The notes: generated by a model from the letters alone, not told the origin. A stretch of DNA of 64,000 nucleotides from an uncultured Actinomycetes bacterium (GCA_963832155.1 CAWHTB010000002.1:1024908-1088907), one strand, 5' to 3'. Positions 35,783-45,778 are shown, counted from the first letter of the stretch. A program made the numbers and translations.

Positions 35783-37237
35783 GTGATCCTCGCGATCGAC
35801 CAGGGAACCACCGGTACCACCTGCCTCGTCTTCGATCCCGAGGGGCGGGTCGCCGGCCGCGCCTACTCGGAGTTCGAGCAGCACTTCCCGCGGCCGGGTT
35901 GGGTCGAGCATGACGCCGGCGAAATCTGGGAGGTCACGCGGCGGGTCGCCACCGAGTCCCTGGCGGATGCCGGCATCGACGGCGGCGCGCTGGAGGGGAT
36001 CGGGATCGCCAACCAGCGTGAGACCGTGGTTGCCTGGGACCCGGCGAGCGGCGAGCCGGTGCACCGGGCGCTGGTCTGGCAGGACCGGCGCACCGCCGAG
36101 CGCTGCGAGGAGTTGCGGGTGGCGGGACACGAGGGGCTGGTCAGAGAACGGACCGGGCTGACCATCGACCCCTACTTCTCCGCGACCAAGATCGAGTGGA
36201 TGCTCCGGAACGTCGAGGGGATCGAGGGGGCGGTCTTCGGCACGATCGACTCCTGGCTCCTCTTCAAGCTGACCGGCCGCCACGTCACCGACTACACCAA
36301 CGCCTCGCGGACGATGCTCTTCGATATCCGCCGCTTGGCCTGGGACGAGGAGCTGTGCGGGTTACTGGGGGTCGACCCAGCCCGCCTCCCCGAGCCGCTG
36401 CCATCGGCCCATATCTTCGGTACGACCACCGAGTTCGGTGGCGAGGTGCCTGTCGCGGGGGTCGCCGGCGACCAGCAGGCGGCGCTGTTCGGGCAGGCCT
36501 GCCACCGGCCGGGGATGGCGAAGAACACCTACGGCACCGGCAGCTTCGTCCTCCTCAACACCGGGCCCGAACCGCCGGCCGCGGCGGAGGGCCTGCTCGG
36601 TACCGTCGCCTGCGGCCTGGGGGAGGAGGTCGCCTACGCCCTGGAGGCCTCGATCTTCGTCACCGGGGCAGCGGTGCAGTGGCTGCGCGACGGGCTTGGG
36701 ATCGTCGAGGCGGCGGGGGACACCGAGGCGCTGGCGGCCTCGCTCGACTCCAACGAAGGCGTCTACTTCGTCCCGGCCCTGACCGGCTTGGGCTCACCGC
36801 AGTGGGATCCTTACGCCCGCGGCACGATCGTCGGCCTCACCCGCGGCAGCGGCCGCGCCCACCTGGCGCGCGCCGCGCTGGAGGCGATCGCGTATGAGAC
36901 GGTCGACGCGGTTCGCGCCCAGGAGGAGGCCTCGGGGGAGCGGCTGGAGGTGCTGAAGGCCGACGGCGGCGCCGTCGCCAACCGGTGGCTGATGCAGTTC
37001 CAGGCCGACGTACTCGGCGCTCCTGTCGTCGTCCCCGAGATCGCGGAGACGACCGCGCTCGGCGCCGCCTACCTGGCGGGGATCGCGACCGGGCTGTGGA
37101 GCGGCGAGCAGGTGGGCCAGATGTGGCGCGAGGCGGCGCGGTATGAGCCCGAGATGGGGGTCGAAGAGCGCGACTCGCTGCTGCGCGACTGGCACCGGGC
37201 GCTGGCGCGCTCGCGCGACTGGGCGACGCCGGAGTAA
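35783..37237 (+). CDS. glpK: glycerol kinase
   Basis: ILAIDQGTTGTTCLVFD, GIANQRETVVAWD, FSATKIEWML and YGTGSF motifs of GlpK. Confidence 0.95.
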   Translation: MILAIDQGTTGTTCLVFDPEGRVAGRAYSEFEQHFPRPGWVEHDAGEIWEVTRRVATESLADAGIDGGALEGIGIANQRETVVAWDPASGEPVHRALVWQDRRTAERCEELRVAGHEGLVRERTGLTIDPYFSATKIEWMLRNVEGIEGAVFGTIDSWLLFKLTGRHVTDYTNASRTMLFDIRRLAWDEELCGLLGVDPARLPEPLPSAHIFGTTTEFGGEVPVAGVAGDQQAALFGQACHRPGMAKNTYGTGSFVLLNTGPEPPAAAEGLLGTVACGLGEEVAYALEASIFVTGAAVQWLRDGLGIVEAAGDTEALAASLDSNEGVYFVPALTGLGSPQWDPYARGTIVGLTRGSGRAHLARAALEAIAYETVDAVRAQEEASGERLEVLKADGGAVANRWLMQFQADVLGAPVVVPEIAETTALGAAYLAGIATGLWSGEQVGQMWREAARYEPEMGVEERDSLLRDWHRALARSRDWATPE

Positions 37238-37296
37238 CCCCGTCGCCGGCCGAGGGTAGGCACCATCGGCGGATCCACCCCTCCGCCACTTTCGTC

Positions 37297-38040
37297 ATGG
37301 CGGACATGAAGCCACAGGTGTACAAGGACCCGCGACCGGCGGAGTACTTCACGCAGTTCCACACCGCCGCGCGGAAGGGCGTCGGGTGGACCTACACGCT
37401 CGCTCGCTCGATCCTCACCTTGCCGACGATTCTGCTCTACCGGGTGCGCGGCGTCGGCGTGAAGAACGTCCCCCGCGAGGGAGGCATCGTCCTGGCGCCG
37501 AACCACTTCAGCCAGATGGACCACTTCTTCGTCGGCGTCTACCTGCGGCGGAAGATCCGGTTCATGGCGAAATCCCAAATGTTTGGTCCGCCGGTCCTCA
37601 CCTACATCTACAAGCACGGGGGCGTCTTCCCGGTCCGCCGCGGCCACCATGACGAGGAGGCATTCAAGACCGCCTACGAGATCCTCCGCCAGGAAGGGAT
37701 GCTGCTGGTCTACGCCGAGGGCGGGCGCTCTCGCTCAGGGGAGATGGGTACACCGAAGCCGGGGATCGGGCGGATCGCGCTGGAGTCCGGCGTGCCCGTC
37801 GTCCCCGTGGCGATTCACGGCTCGGCCCGGGTGCGCGGCTGGAAGCGACTCCGCTTCCCGCAGGTCACGGTCGAGTTCGGCGAGCCGCTTGCGTTTCCGG
37901 TTGAGGACTCGCCGAGCCGCGAGCGCCAGTTGGAGGCGGCGACCGACGTCTTCGACCGGGTGCGGGAGATGTACGAAGGGTTGGCTACTCGTAGCGAGCG
38001 CCGAGCTGAGAGTAGAAGTCCGGATCGTGCCCGGGCGTGA
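37297..38040 (+). CDS. 1-acyl-sn-glycerol-3-phosphate acyltransferase
   Basis: HX4D motif NHFSQMD, FPVRRG and YAEGGRSRSG blocks of the PlsC family. Confidence 0.85.
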   Translation: MADMKPQVYKDPRPAEYFTQFHTAARKGVGWTYTLARSILTLPTILLYRVRGVGVKNVPREGGIVLAPNHFSQMDHFFVGVYLRRKIRFMAKSQMFGPPVLTYIYKHGGVFPVRRGHHDEEAFKTAYEILRQEGMLLVYAEGGRSRSGEMGTPKPGIGRIALESGVPVVPVAIHGSARVRGWKRLRFPQVTVEFGEPLAFPVEDSPSRERQLEAATDVFDRVREMYEGLATRSERRAESRSPDRARA

Positions 38041-38896
38041 TCACCGCGTCGGGGAACTGTTTGCGGAAGAGGCGCAGCTCCTGCAACGAGCGGCGGTAGT
38101 TGTGGGCGTCGTAGGGACGCGGCGGCATCGGCGCTGAGCCGTCGAGCTGGCCGCTGGTGTAGGTCGTGTCGCCGCCGATCACGAAGTCCCGCTGGGAGAG
38201 GCGGACGATCACCGAGATGTGACCGGCGCTGTGGCCGGGGGTGGAGGCGAGGCGGACCGAGCCGTCGCCGAAGAGGTCGAAGGTGCGGCCGAAGCTGGCG
38301 TAGGAATCGATCCCGCCGCGTTCGAAGTCGATCGTGCGGTAATCGAAGGCGTAGTCGAAGTGCGGCCGGCGGTAACCGTTCATCACCGGTTGGGAACCAT
38401 GTGCGGCGGCCTGCCACTCGGTCTCGCTGACCACGAACGTCGACTTCGGGAACTCCGAGATCGCCGAGGTGTGGTCGATGTGGAGGTGGGTCATCACCAC
38501 GACCGGGAGCTCGCCCGGGTCGAGGCCGCGGTCGCGCAGCTGCGAAGGCACGTCTTCGCCGGGCTCCAGGGTGGGCTTGCCGAAGCGGGTGCCAAGACGG
38601 CCGAAGTTCTCGCCACCGTCGGTGGCGATCGAGGGGTGCAGGCCGGTGTCGACGAGGATCGCGCCGGCGCTCGGGTGGCGGATCAGGAAGGCCGGCACAG
38701 GGACCACGTTGGCCGGGGCGCCGAAAAAGAGTGCGCGCGCCAGCTTCAGGGTGACGAAGCGGCCGCCGGGGCTCTCCATCATCGCCAGCGGGAAATCGAC
38801 ATGGCCGGCGATCAGCGGTTCGACGACCGCGGTCGCTCCCGGGGTTCCCCCGGCGAGCGGCTCGTGCAGCGGGTGTGGTTCCACGTGAACGGCCAT
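37985..38896 (-). CDS. MBL-fold metallo-hydrolase (N-acyl homoserine lactonase-like)
   Basis: HxHxDH motif THLHIDH, later TPGHSAGH; 3' end overlaps the convergent plsC-like gene by 56 bp. Confidence 0.85.
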   Translation of the reverse strand: MAVHVEPHPLHEPLAGGTPGATAVVEPLIAGHVDFPLAMMESPGGRFVTLKLARALFFGAPANVVPVPAFLIRHPSAGAILVDTGLHPSIATDGGENFGRLGTRFGKPTLEPGEDVPSQLRDRGLDPGELPVVVMTHLHIDHTSAISEFPKSTFVVSETEWQAAAHGSQPVMNGYRRPHFDYAFDYRTIDFERGGIDSYASFGRTFDLFGDGSVRLASTPGHSAGHISVIVRLSQRDFVIGGDTTYTSGQLDGSAPMPPRPYDAHNYRRSLQELRLFRKQFPDAVITPGHDPDFYSQLGARYE

Positions 38897-38944
38897 CGCC
38901 GGGCCACATTACGTCGCCAAGGCCACCTATAGGCTTGCCGGCCG

Positions 38945-39799
38945 ATGGCTGAAAGCTCGCATTCGCAGGTGTTCCGGGACGGTTTGCTGGACGGTCAGGT
39001 GTGTGTGGTGTCCGGCGCCGGCAGCGGCCTCGGGCGCGAGGCCGCGCTTGAGCTGGCGCGGCTGGGTGCGACCGTGGTCGGTTGCGGGCGCCGCGAGGAG
39101 CCGCTGGCGGAGACGGCGGAGCTGGCCGCGGGCCTGCCCGGGGCGTTTGCCTACGAGCCGCTCGACATCCGCGCTGAGGACGCCGTCGAGAGCTTCTTCG
39201 ACGGCCTGCTGGAGCGCCAGGACCGCCTCGACGTGCTCGTCAACAACGCCGGCGGCCAGTTCCTCAGCCCGGCCGAGGCGATCTCGCCGAAAGGCTTCCG
39301 CACGGTGATCGAGCTGAACGTGCAGGGAACCTGGCTGATGACCCACGCGGCCGCGACCAAGGCCTTCATCCCGCAGGGGGGAGGCAAGATCCTCAGTGTC
39401 ACCCTCTCACCCCACCACGGGATGCCCGGAATGGTCCACTCCGGCGCGGCCCGGGCCGCGGTCGAGAACATGATGCGGACCCTCGCGGTCGAGTGGGCGC
39501 GGTTCGGGATCCGCACCTGCGCCCTCGCCGCCGGCCAGTTCGCGACCGAGACGCTGCTGACCAAGTATCCGAGCGTGGTGGTCGAGAACCTCGAGCGCTC
39601 GATCCCGGTCGGGCGTGCCGGGCGGCCCGAGGAGCTGGCTTGGCTGGTCGCCTATCTCGCCTCGCCCGCCGGCGACTTCGTCTCCGGCACCACGATCACG
39701 ATCGACGGTGCTCGCGACAACTGGGCCGGACCCTGGCCGCCCCAGGCGATCGCCGACGAGAGCGGCACGCCGGTAGCAGAGGAGCGGCGGGAGAAGTAG
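38945..39799 (+). CDS. SDR family oxidoreductase
   Basis: Cofactor motif VSGAGSGLG, NNAG, catalytic region with SGAARAAV. Confidence 0.85.
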   Translation: MAESSHSQVFRDGLLDGQVCVVSGAGSGLGREAALELARLGATVVGCGRREEPLAETAELAAGLPGAFAYEPLDIRAEDAVESFFDGLLERQDRLDVLVNNAGGQFLSPAEAISPKGFRTVIELNVQGTWLMTHAAATKAFIPQGGGKILSVTLSPHHGMPGMVHSGAARAAVENMMRTLAVEWARFGIRTCALAAGQFATETLLTKYPSVVVENLERSIPVGRAGRPEELAWLVAYLASPAGDFVSGTTITIDGARDNWAGPWPPQAIADESGTPVAEERREK

Positions 39800-40204
39800 C
39801 TACCCCGCGCGGGGCTCGAGCACCACGAGCGGGATCTGGCGGTCGGTGCGGGCCTTGTAGTCCTCGTAACCGTGGTAGCCCTTCACCGCCAGGGCCCAGA
39901 GCCGGTCGTACTCCTCGGGGGTGGCGACGCGGGCGTGTACGGCGCGATGCTCCGAGCCGACCTGGACGGTGGTATCGGGGTTGGCAACCAGGTTGTGGTA
40001 CCAGGCCGGGTTCTTGGGGAAGCCGCCTTTGGAGGCGACGATGACGAGGTCCTCGCCGTCCCTGACGTAGAGGAGGGGGGAGGTGCGCTTGGTGCCGCTC
40101 TTGGCGCCGACGTGGTCGAGCAGGAGCATCTTCCCCGGCACTCCCGGGATCGTGTGGCCGAGACGCCCACCCGTCCTCTGGTAGAGGAACGTGTGGACGC
40201 CCAT
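39800..40204 (-). CDS. deazaflavin (F420)-dependent nitroreductase family protein (DUF385/Ddn-like)
   Basis: LLLDHVGAKSGTKRTSPLLYVRDGEDLVIVASKGGFPKNPAWYHNLVANP is the characteristic family core. Start at ATG 40204 is uncertain. Confidence 0.75.
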   Translation of the reverse strand: MGVHTFLYQRTGGRLGHTIPGVPGKMLLLDHVGAKSGTKRTSPLLYVRDGEDLVIVASKGGFPKNPAWYHNLVANPDTTVQVGSEHRAVHARVATPEEYDRLWALAVKGYHGYEDYKARTDRQIPLVVLEPRAG

Positions 40205-40284
40205 GAAACGACGGGTGGCAGGCCAAACCCGGTCCGCTACGTCGAGGTAACGGGGTGGGCGCCTGCCACTTGTCGCCGTCTCGC

Positions 40285-41115
40285 TCAGGTGTACATCCCT
40301 CCGAATTGCCCACCGGTCACGTTCAGCACCTGGCCGTGAACGTAGTTGGCGAGCGGGCAGGCCAGGAACAGCACCGGGCCTGCGGCCTCCTCGGGCTGGG
40401 CCGGGCGGCCGAGCGGGATGATCGCCGAGGCCATCGCCCGCATCTGCTCGGGGATGCCGAGCTCGATTTTCTCGCCGGTCGGCGAAGTCATCTCGCCACC
40501 GGCCTCCTTGGCCGCGGTAAGGCGGGTCTCGACGAAGCCGAAGGCGACGGCGTTGACGTTCACCTTGAACTGACCCCACTCCTTGGCCAGCGTCTTGGTC
40601 AGCCCGACCACGCCCGCCTTGGCGGCGGAGTAGTTGGCCTGGCCGGCGTTGCCCATCGTGCCGGAGATCGAGGAGACGTTGATCAGCTTGCGGAAGACCT
40701 CCTTGCCCTCGCCGCGCTCGGCCTTGGCCGCCTCGCGCCAGTGGGGAGCGAGGGCGCGGGTGATGCGGAAGGGAACCACGGTGTGGATGTCGAGCATCGC
40801 CTGGAACTGCTCGTCGGTCATCCGGTGGACGACGCCGTCCCAGGTGTAGCCGGCGTTGTTGACGACGATGTCGATCGCGCCGAAGGCGTCGACCCCGGCG
40901 GCGACGAGCTTGTCGGCCGCGTCGGGTTGGGTGAGGTCGCCGGCGTGGACCGCGGTCTCCCCGTTGATCTCGCCGGCCGCCTGCCCGGCGACGTCGGCGT
41001 CGAGGTCGTTGATCAGAACCTTCGCGCCCTCGGCTGCGAACAGTTCGGCGGTCGCCCGCCCGATGCCGCGGGCCGACCCGGTCACGATCGCCGCTTTGCC
41101 ATCCAGAAGTCCCAT
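40285..41115 (-). CDS. SDR family oxidoreductase (FabG-like)
   Basis: GKAAIVTGSARGIG, NNAG and YSAAK motifs. Confidence 0.9.
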   Translation of the reverse strand: MGLLDGKAAIVTGSARGIGRATAELFAAEGAKVLINDLDADVAGQAAGEINGETAVHAGDLTQPDAADKLVAAGVDAFGAIDIVVNNAGYTWDGVVHRMTDEQFQAMLDIHTVVPFRITRALAPHWREAAKAERGEGKEVFRKLINVSSISGTMGNAGQANYSAAKAGVVGLTKTLAKEWGQFKVNVNAVAFGFVETRLTAAKEAGGEMTSPTGEKIELGIPEQMRAMASAIIPLGRPAQPEEAAGPVLFLACPLANYVHGQVLNVTGGQFGGMYT

Positions 41116-41231
41116 CAGTCAGCGTCTCCTTTGGTTCGTGAATCGGCCGCGGAGGCTACAGGGATCGGCGCAATCCTGGTTGACCGGCCAGTCGGGCTGC
41201 GTAACCGCATGGTGTGCGGGCAGGCGCGCTG

Positions 41232-41660
41232 TCAGCTCAGGTGGACGCCGCCATCCTCGTCGAGCCGCCAGTGTGGATTGTGGGCGACCTCCCAAGGATG
41301 TCCATCCGGGTCGAGGAAGACACCGCTGTAACCGCCCCAGAAGGTTTCGGCCGGCTCGCGCCCGATCTTCGCTCCGGCAGCCCGAGCCTCCTCGATCGCG
41401 GCGTCGACCTCTGCTGGCGAGCCGAGATTGAGGGCGAGCGTCACGCCTCCCCAGCCGCCGGAGTCCTCGACGCAGCTGTCCTCGGCGAGCCTGGCGCGAT
41501 CCCACAGTGCCAGGACCATGTCGCCGGCCTGGAAGAAGACGACATCGTCGCCCTGCTCGGCCCCGGTCGTCCACCCGAGTCCTTCGTAGAAGATCCGGGC
41601 GCGGCCGACGTCGCCGACGCCGAGGGTGACGAGACTGACCCGCTGCTTCATCGCGACCAT
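41232..41660 (-). CDS. VOC (glyoxalase/bleomycin resistance) family protein
   Basis: Start at ATG 41660. VSLVTLGVGDVGRARIFYEGLGW...FLDPDGHPWEV is typical of the VOC fold; the upstream part of the track ORF is shadow. Confidence 0.8.
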   Translation of the reverse strand: MVAMKQRVSLVTLGVGDVGRARIFYEGLGWTTGAEQGDDVVFFQAGDMVLALWDRARLAEDSCVEDSGGWGGVTLALNLGSPAEVDAAIEEARAAGAKIGREPAETFWGGYSGVFLDPDGHPWEVAHNPHWRLDEDGGVHLS

Positions 41661-41684
41661 TGTCGCAGTCAGAATGCGCGGGCG

Positions 41685-42380
41685 ATGGGGGACCTGGGGA
41701 GCATCTTCGGACTGGCGCTGTTGGCGATGTGCACTCCGGCGCTGCTGGCCGCGGTGACGGTGATGATGCTGCTGCCGAACACCAAGAAGCTGATGCTCGG
41801 CTACCTGCTCGGTGCGTACCTGGCCAGCATCGGTTGCGGGATGTTGATCGTGTTCTCGCTGCACGACTCGGGAAGTGTGGAAACGGCGAAGCAAACGCTC
41901 GGACCGGCGGAGGACCTGGTGCTCGGTGCGATCGCGCTGATCGTCGGGTTCGTCCTGGGCACCGGCCGCGACGAGCCAGTGCGAGAGCGACGCCGGCGGC
42001 GCAAGGAAGCCAAGGAGCAGGGGCCGCCGAGGCAGTCTTGGCCGGAGCGGATGCTCGGCCGGGGCTCGGCCCGGGTCACCTTCGCGGTCGGCGTCTTGCT
42101 CACCTTCCCCGGGGTTTCCTACCTCACCGCGCTCGACCGGATGGCGAGGCTCGACGCCGGCACCGCCGAGACCGCGCTCTTGGTGATCGTCTTCTGCGTG
42201 ATCCAGCTGGCGCTGTTGGAGGTACCGCTGGTCGGCTACGCGCTGGGGCCGGAGCGAACCCAGGAGGCGGTCAACGGGTTCCGCTCCTGGCTCGAGCGCA
42301 ACGGCCACCGCGCCGCGGCGGGGGTCGCCCTGACGATCGGCGCGCTGCTGATCCTGCGTGGGGTGGTGACGCTGCTCTGA
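41685..42380 (+). CDS. GAP (Sap/DUF2910-like) family membrane protein
   Basis: Start at ATG 41685; about 6 TM split by a highly basic loop (RERRRRRKEAKEQ). Family name recalled from memory. Confidence 0.55.
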   Translation: MGDLGSIFGLALLAMCTPALLAAVTVMMLLPNTKKLMLGYLLGAYLASIGCGMLIVFSLHDSGSVETAKQTLGPAEDLVLGAIALIVGFVLGTGRDEPVRERRRRRKEAKEQGPPRQSWPERMLGRGSARVTFAVGVLLTFPGVSYLTALDRMARLDAGTAETALLVIVFCVIQLALLEVPLVGYALGPERTQEAVNGFRSWLERNGHRAAAGVALTIGALLILRGVVTLL

Positions 42381-42384
42381 AGCC

Positions 42385-42681
42385 TTACTCCATCACCCTT
42401 TCCTCGACGATCTCAAAGACTCCGTCGGTGCCGAGCGATTCGACGTACTGATCCGCCGCGGAGCGGCGCTCGTCGTAGTCGGCATCGCCCTGGTTGGCGC
42501 GCAGCTCCTCGAGGGTGCCGTCGAAGAACCCGAAGGTGATGATCTCGTTTTCGTCGGAGACACCGCGCAGGGCGTAGAAGCGCTTCCACCCCGGTGGCGG
42601 CTCTCCGGTGGGGACGAAGGCCTCCCTGAAGTCCTCCATCGAGCCCGGTTTGAGCTTGCGGACAGTCAGCGCACAGAGCAT
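42385..42681 (-). CDS. hypothetical small protein (possible dimeric alpha/beta-barrel fold)
   Basis: ATG 42681 is preceded by GAGGAG at 5-nt spacing. 98 aa, balanced composition; no family recognised with confidence. Confidence 0.55.
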   Translation of the reverse strand: MLCALTVRKLKPGSMEDFREAFVPTGEPPPGWKRFYALRGVSDENEIITFGFFDGTLEELRANQGDADYDERRSAADQYVESLGTDGVFEIVEERVME

Positions 42682-42767
42682 CTGAACTCCTCTCATCTGG
42701 CTTCGCCCGGCCGGAAGACCCGGCGCGGGGCCGGTACTCCGATCCTAGTCCCGACCCGGCTGAGTGG

Positions 42768-43190
42768 CTAGAGCTTTCCGGCGGCGGCCAGGTACTCGTC
42801 CAGCTTCTTGCTTTTCTGGGTGTCCTCGTAGACCTCGTAGTCGCGCAGCAATCCCCAGGAAAGGTGTCCCCAGATCACGTACCTGTTTTCGTACACCCGC
42901 TCGCCGGCAGGGGAGTCGAGATGATCGGTGCCGCGGATGCAGATCGTCTGTCTCCAGGGAAAGCCCTTCAGCACCACCTCGTCGGGGTGGATCTGGAGGC
43001 CGACGTCGGCGAAACGCTGTAACCACTGCTCCAGCTTCTCCTTGCCCTGCAGCTCGGTCGCCCAGGAGCTGTCGCCGGGGAAGCGGAACCGGACGTCCTC
43101 GGCATCCATCTTCAGCGTCGGGCCGATGTCCCCGGCGCTGGCCCGCTCCATGTTGCGGGCAATCATCTTCTTGGCCAACCACGAAAGCAT
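42768..43190 (-). CDS. NTF2/SnoaL-like protein
   Basis: 140 aa. The pattern DVRFRFPGD...WLQRF...ENRYVIWGHLSWGLL is typical of ketosteroid-isomerase-like folds. Confidence 0.65.
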   Translation of the reverse strand: MLSWLAKKMIARNMERASAGDIGPTLKMDAEDVRFRFPGDSSWATELQGKEKLEQWLQRFADVGLQIHPDEVVLKGFPWRQTICIRGTDHLDSPAGERVYENRYVIWGHLSWGLLRDYEVYEDTQKSKKLDEYLAAAGKL

Positions 43191-43247
43191 CGTTGCCTCC
43201 TCGCGTTGGGACGGTTGTCTGGAACGTAGCGCTCGGCAGGCTCGGGT

Positions 43248-43700
43248 CTAGCCGCGCCCGGCCTCGGCGATCCGCGCCAGCTCGCCCGGCCGCAGCAGCG
43301 CCACCAGGGTCGAGCCGTCGAGGACCGCGATGCCGCCCTTGCGCATCTTCGCCTTGGCGCCGGTCAGCCGGGCTACCTCGGAGGACAGGTCGGGCTCGTG
43401 GCCGACAAGCAGCACCTCGCCGCGGCCGGTCGCCAGAGCGAGCGCGTCGAAGCCACCGCCACGAAGCTCAGCGGCAGTCTCCGGCTCGAGCGCCAGCGCC
43501 TCGCAGGCGAGCCGCGCGGTTTCCGCGGCCCGGGTCTTGGGGCTGGTCAGGCAGGCGTCGAGCTCGACGCCGAGCGCCGCCAGCGCCTGGCCGGCAGCGC
43601 GGGACTGGCGCTGGCCCTTCTCCGTCAGTCGCCGGGCGTCGTCGTTCCCGTTGCCATCCTCGGCGTCGCCGTGCCTGAGCAGGTAGATCACCAGACGCAT
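43248..43700 (-). CDS. phosphohistidine phosphatase SixA-like (histidine phosphatase superfamily)
   Basis: MRLVIYLLRHGDAE (RHG catalytic motif) from ATG 43700, later LLVGHEPDL. Confidence 0.8.
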   Translation of the reverse strand: MRLVIYLLRHGDAEDGNGNDDARRLTEKGQRQSRAAGQALAALGVELDACLTSPKTRAAETARLACEALALEPETAAELRGGGFDALALATGRGEVLLVGHEPDLSSEVARLTGAKAKMRKGGIAVLDGSTLVALLRPGELARIAEAGRG

Positions 43701-43719
43701 TTTATGAGCCAACGCTCAC

Positions 43720-44457
43720 ATGTCGGCCAAGATCTCTACTATCGCGCGGATGCCGTTACCCCCAGGCAGGCGTTTCGTCGTTGTCTTGCTCGTGGCTCTG
43801 GGCCTGATGCTGGCCCCGTCCGCGGCGACTCCCGCTGGCCAGATAACCATTCACGGAGCTGCTTCGGGCACGCACTTGAGGCTCTCGGTGGAGGGGCCGA
43901 GGCTGGTCGTCGAAGGCAGGATGGCCCGGGCGAAGACGCGCAGCTGCCGGTTCGTTCGTGGGCACACGCTCGCCGTGTGCCGCCTCGCCGGGGCTTCCGC
44001 GATCGAGGTGACCGGCGGCCCGTCCGGGGACTTCATCCGGGTCGCCGACCGCCTGCCGGTGCCGCTCACCGTCTATCTCGGCGGCGGCTCGGACAAATTC
44101 ATCGGCAACGACGAGCCGGACACCTGCTACCCGCAGGGCTCGCGGCGCAACCGGTGCATCGGTCACGGCGGCAACGACATCTGCATCACCGGCAAGGAAA
44201 ACAGCGACTGCGTCGGCGGGCCCGGCGACGACTACTGCCGCCACGGCCGCGGCAGCGACGGCTGCTGGGGCGGCCCCGGGCGAGACATCTGCGTCATGGG
44301 CCCGGGCCAGGACGGCTGTCACGGCAACGGCGGCAACGACCGCCTCTTCGGCGGCGCCGGTGCGGACCAGCTCTACGGCGGCCGCGGCACCAACTACTGC
44401 GACGGCTCACCCGGTCGCGGCAAGTCCCACTCCTGCACCGTCGGCCCGCGCCGCTGA
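43720..44457 (+). CDS. secreted Cys-rich protein with hemolysin-type (RTX-like) GGxGxD repeats
   Basis: Signal peptide (VVVLLVALGLMLAPSAA); C-terminal run GGNDICITG / GGPGDDYCRHG / GGPGRDICVMG / GGNDRLFGG / GADQLYGG. The start could be ATG 43750. Confidence 0.65.
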   Translation: MSAKISTIARMPLPPGRRFVVVLLVALGLMLAPSAATPAGQITIHGAASGTHLRLSVEGPRLVVEGRMARAKTRSCRFVRGHTLAVCRLAGASAIEVTGGPSGDFIRVADRLPVPLTVYLGGGSDKFIGNDEPDTCYPQGSRRNRCIGHGGNDICITGKENSDCVGGPGDDYCRHGRGSDGCWGGPGRDICVMGPGQDGCHGNGGNDRLFGGAGADQLYGGRGTNYCDGSPGRGKSHSCTVGPRR

Positions 44458-44483
44458 GTCGCTATCGGCCAGAGGCCGGAGAC

Positions 44484-45683
44484 CTATATCCCGCCCACCG
44501 GGTCGACGCCTATCGCCAGCCCCGGGGTGGCGCTCCGGTCTCCGGGAGATGACCTCGATATGCCCCAAGCGCTGGGCCCGCCTCGCTTCCGTTGGCGTTC
44601 CCTCTCGTCGAGGCAGCCCGGCCCATCCGGCCCGGTTCCGTCGCTGATCGCGCCCACGAGTCCCCATGCTCCGCAGAATCCCGCCCAGCCCTGAGACTCG
44701 AGCGGCAAGAGGCTCTCCCAAGTCGGCCACGAGAATCCCGAGGCGATCGACGAGGTGTGGTCGGAAACCAACCCAAGGGTGGGGCGGAGCCGGTGACGGC
44801 CAGAAGTCGGGTAGGTCGCGTGGTCGCCGTCGGCGACGAACCCGACGAGGCGAGTGCTCCCCTGCCATTTCGTTCGGGGGACGGGGCAGGAGAGAAGGGT
44901 GCCGCCGGGAGGGGCGATCGAGCAGGTGGCACCGACCGCTTTGGGAGAGCCATGGGCGGAGTAGGAGACCGCGTCGAGCGTCCAGAGCAAGGAGCCGGGA
45001 GCGTCCTGCTGGAAGAGCAGCGTGATGTTCTCCCAGTCGCCTTGGTGGTTGAAAAGGGGGCCGCCTCCCGGTGCGTCGTTGTAGGGGTAGAAGAACCAGT
45101 AGGAGATGTAAGCCTGCCGGGGGCTCTTGGCAGAGCCGCTTGGGCTGAACAGCTCGCCGTCGTCATAGTAGATCGGCGAATCAGTCACGAATTCATGGCC
45201 GCCGGTCGCCTTCGTGAACGACATGCCGCTCTTCCCGCCTTGATCCAGGTTGGCCTTCAGGTAAAAACCCTCACCGCGGTGGAGGCCGGGTGGGCGGTTC
45301 GCCTTATACGGTCGGGTGTAGTCCGTCACCAAGAACACGGGGCCGCTGCGGTGGCAGAGAAACTCCTTGGTCTGGTATCGCCACCGACTGCCACTCCCCA
45401 CCAGGAGGCCCAGCTTGCGAGTGGCGGTGTTGGTCCAGGGCCCGTCGTAGACCGTCTCGTCCCTACAGGGCTTACGCTCGGCAAACCTGAGCAGCGAGCG
45501 GTCGAGAAACCACGGCGCGCTCGAAGGGCCGTTGTCCTCCTCTGCGTACATCACGAGGAGGGGAGAGAACCGCTGAATCGTGTCCTGGGTGAAGAAATCG
45601 GCCGAGGCAACCGAGCACCGCATCAGCGCGACCAGGACGACCGTCGCGACGAGCAGCCATCGCGCCGCCCACGCGGCCCCCAA
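44484..45683 (-). CDS. secreted Vps62/DUF946-like protein
   Basis: Signal peptide. ISYWFFYPYNDAPGGGPLFNHQGDWENITLLF resembles the WxFYPxN...H.GDWEH core of the Vps62 family (from memory). Confidence 0.55.
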   Translation of the reverse strand: MGAAWAARWLLVATVVLVALMRCSVASADFFTQDTIQRFSPLLVMYAEEDNGPSSAPWFLDRSLLRFAERKPCRDETVYDGPWTNTATRKLGLLVGSGSRWRYQTKEFLCHRSGPVFLVTDYTRPYKANRPPGLHRGEGFYLKANLDQGGKSGMSFTKATGGHEFVTDSPIYYDDGELFSPSGSAKSPRQAYISYWFFYPYNDAPGGGPLFNHQGDWENITLLFQQDAPGSLLWTLDAVSYSAHGSPKAVGATCSIAPPGGTLLSCPVPRTKWQGSTRLVGFVADGDHATYPTSGRHRLRPTLGLVSDHTSSIASGFSWPTWESLLPLESQGWAGFCGAWGLVGAISDGTGPDGPGCLDERERQRKRGGPSAWGISRSSPGDRSATPGLAIGVDPVGGI

Positions 45684-45778
45684 TTTCCTAACCCCTAGCC
45701 CTGTCGCCTCCGAGCGCAGAATTTCTGAAGCCTAGGTACCAAACTGCACCCAGTCAATACTCAGCTATTTATCGACTC

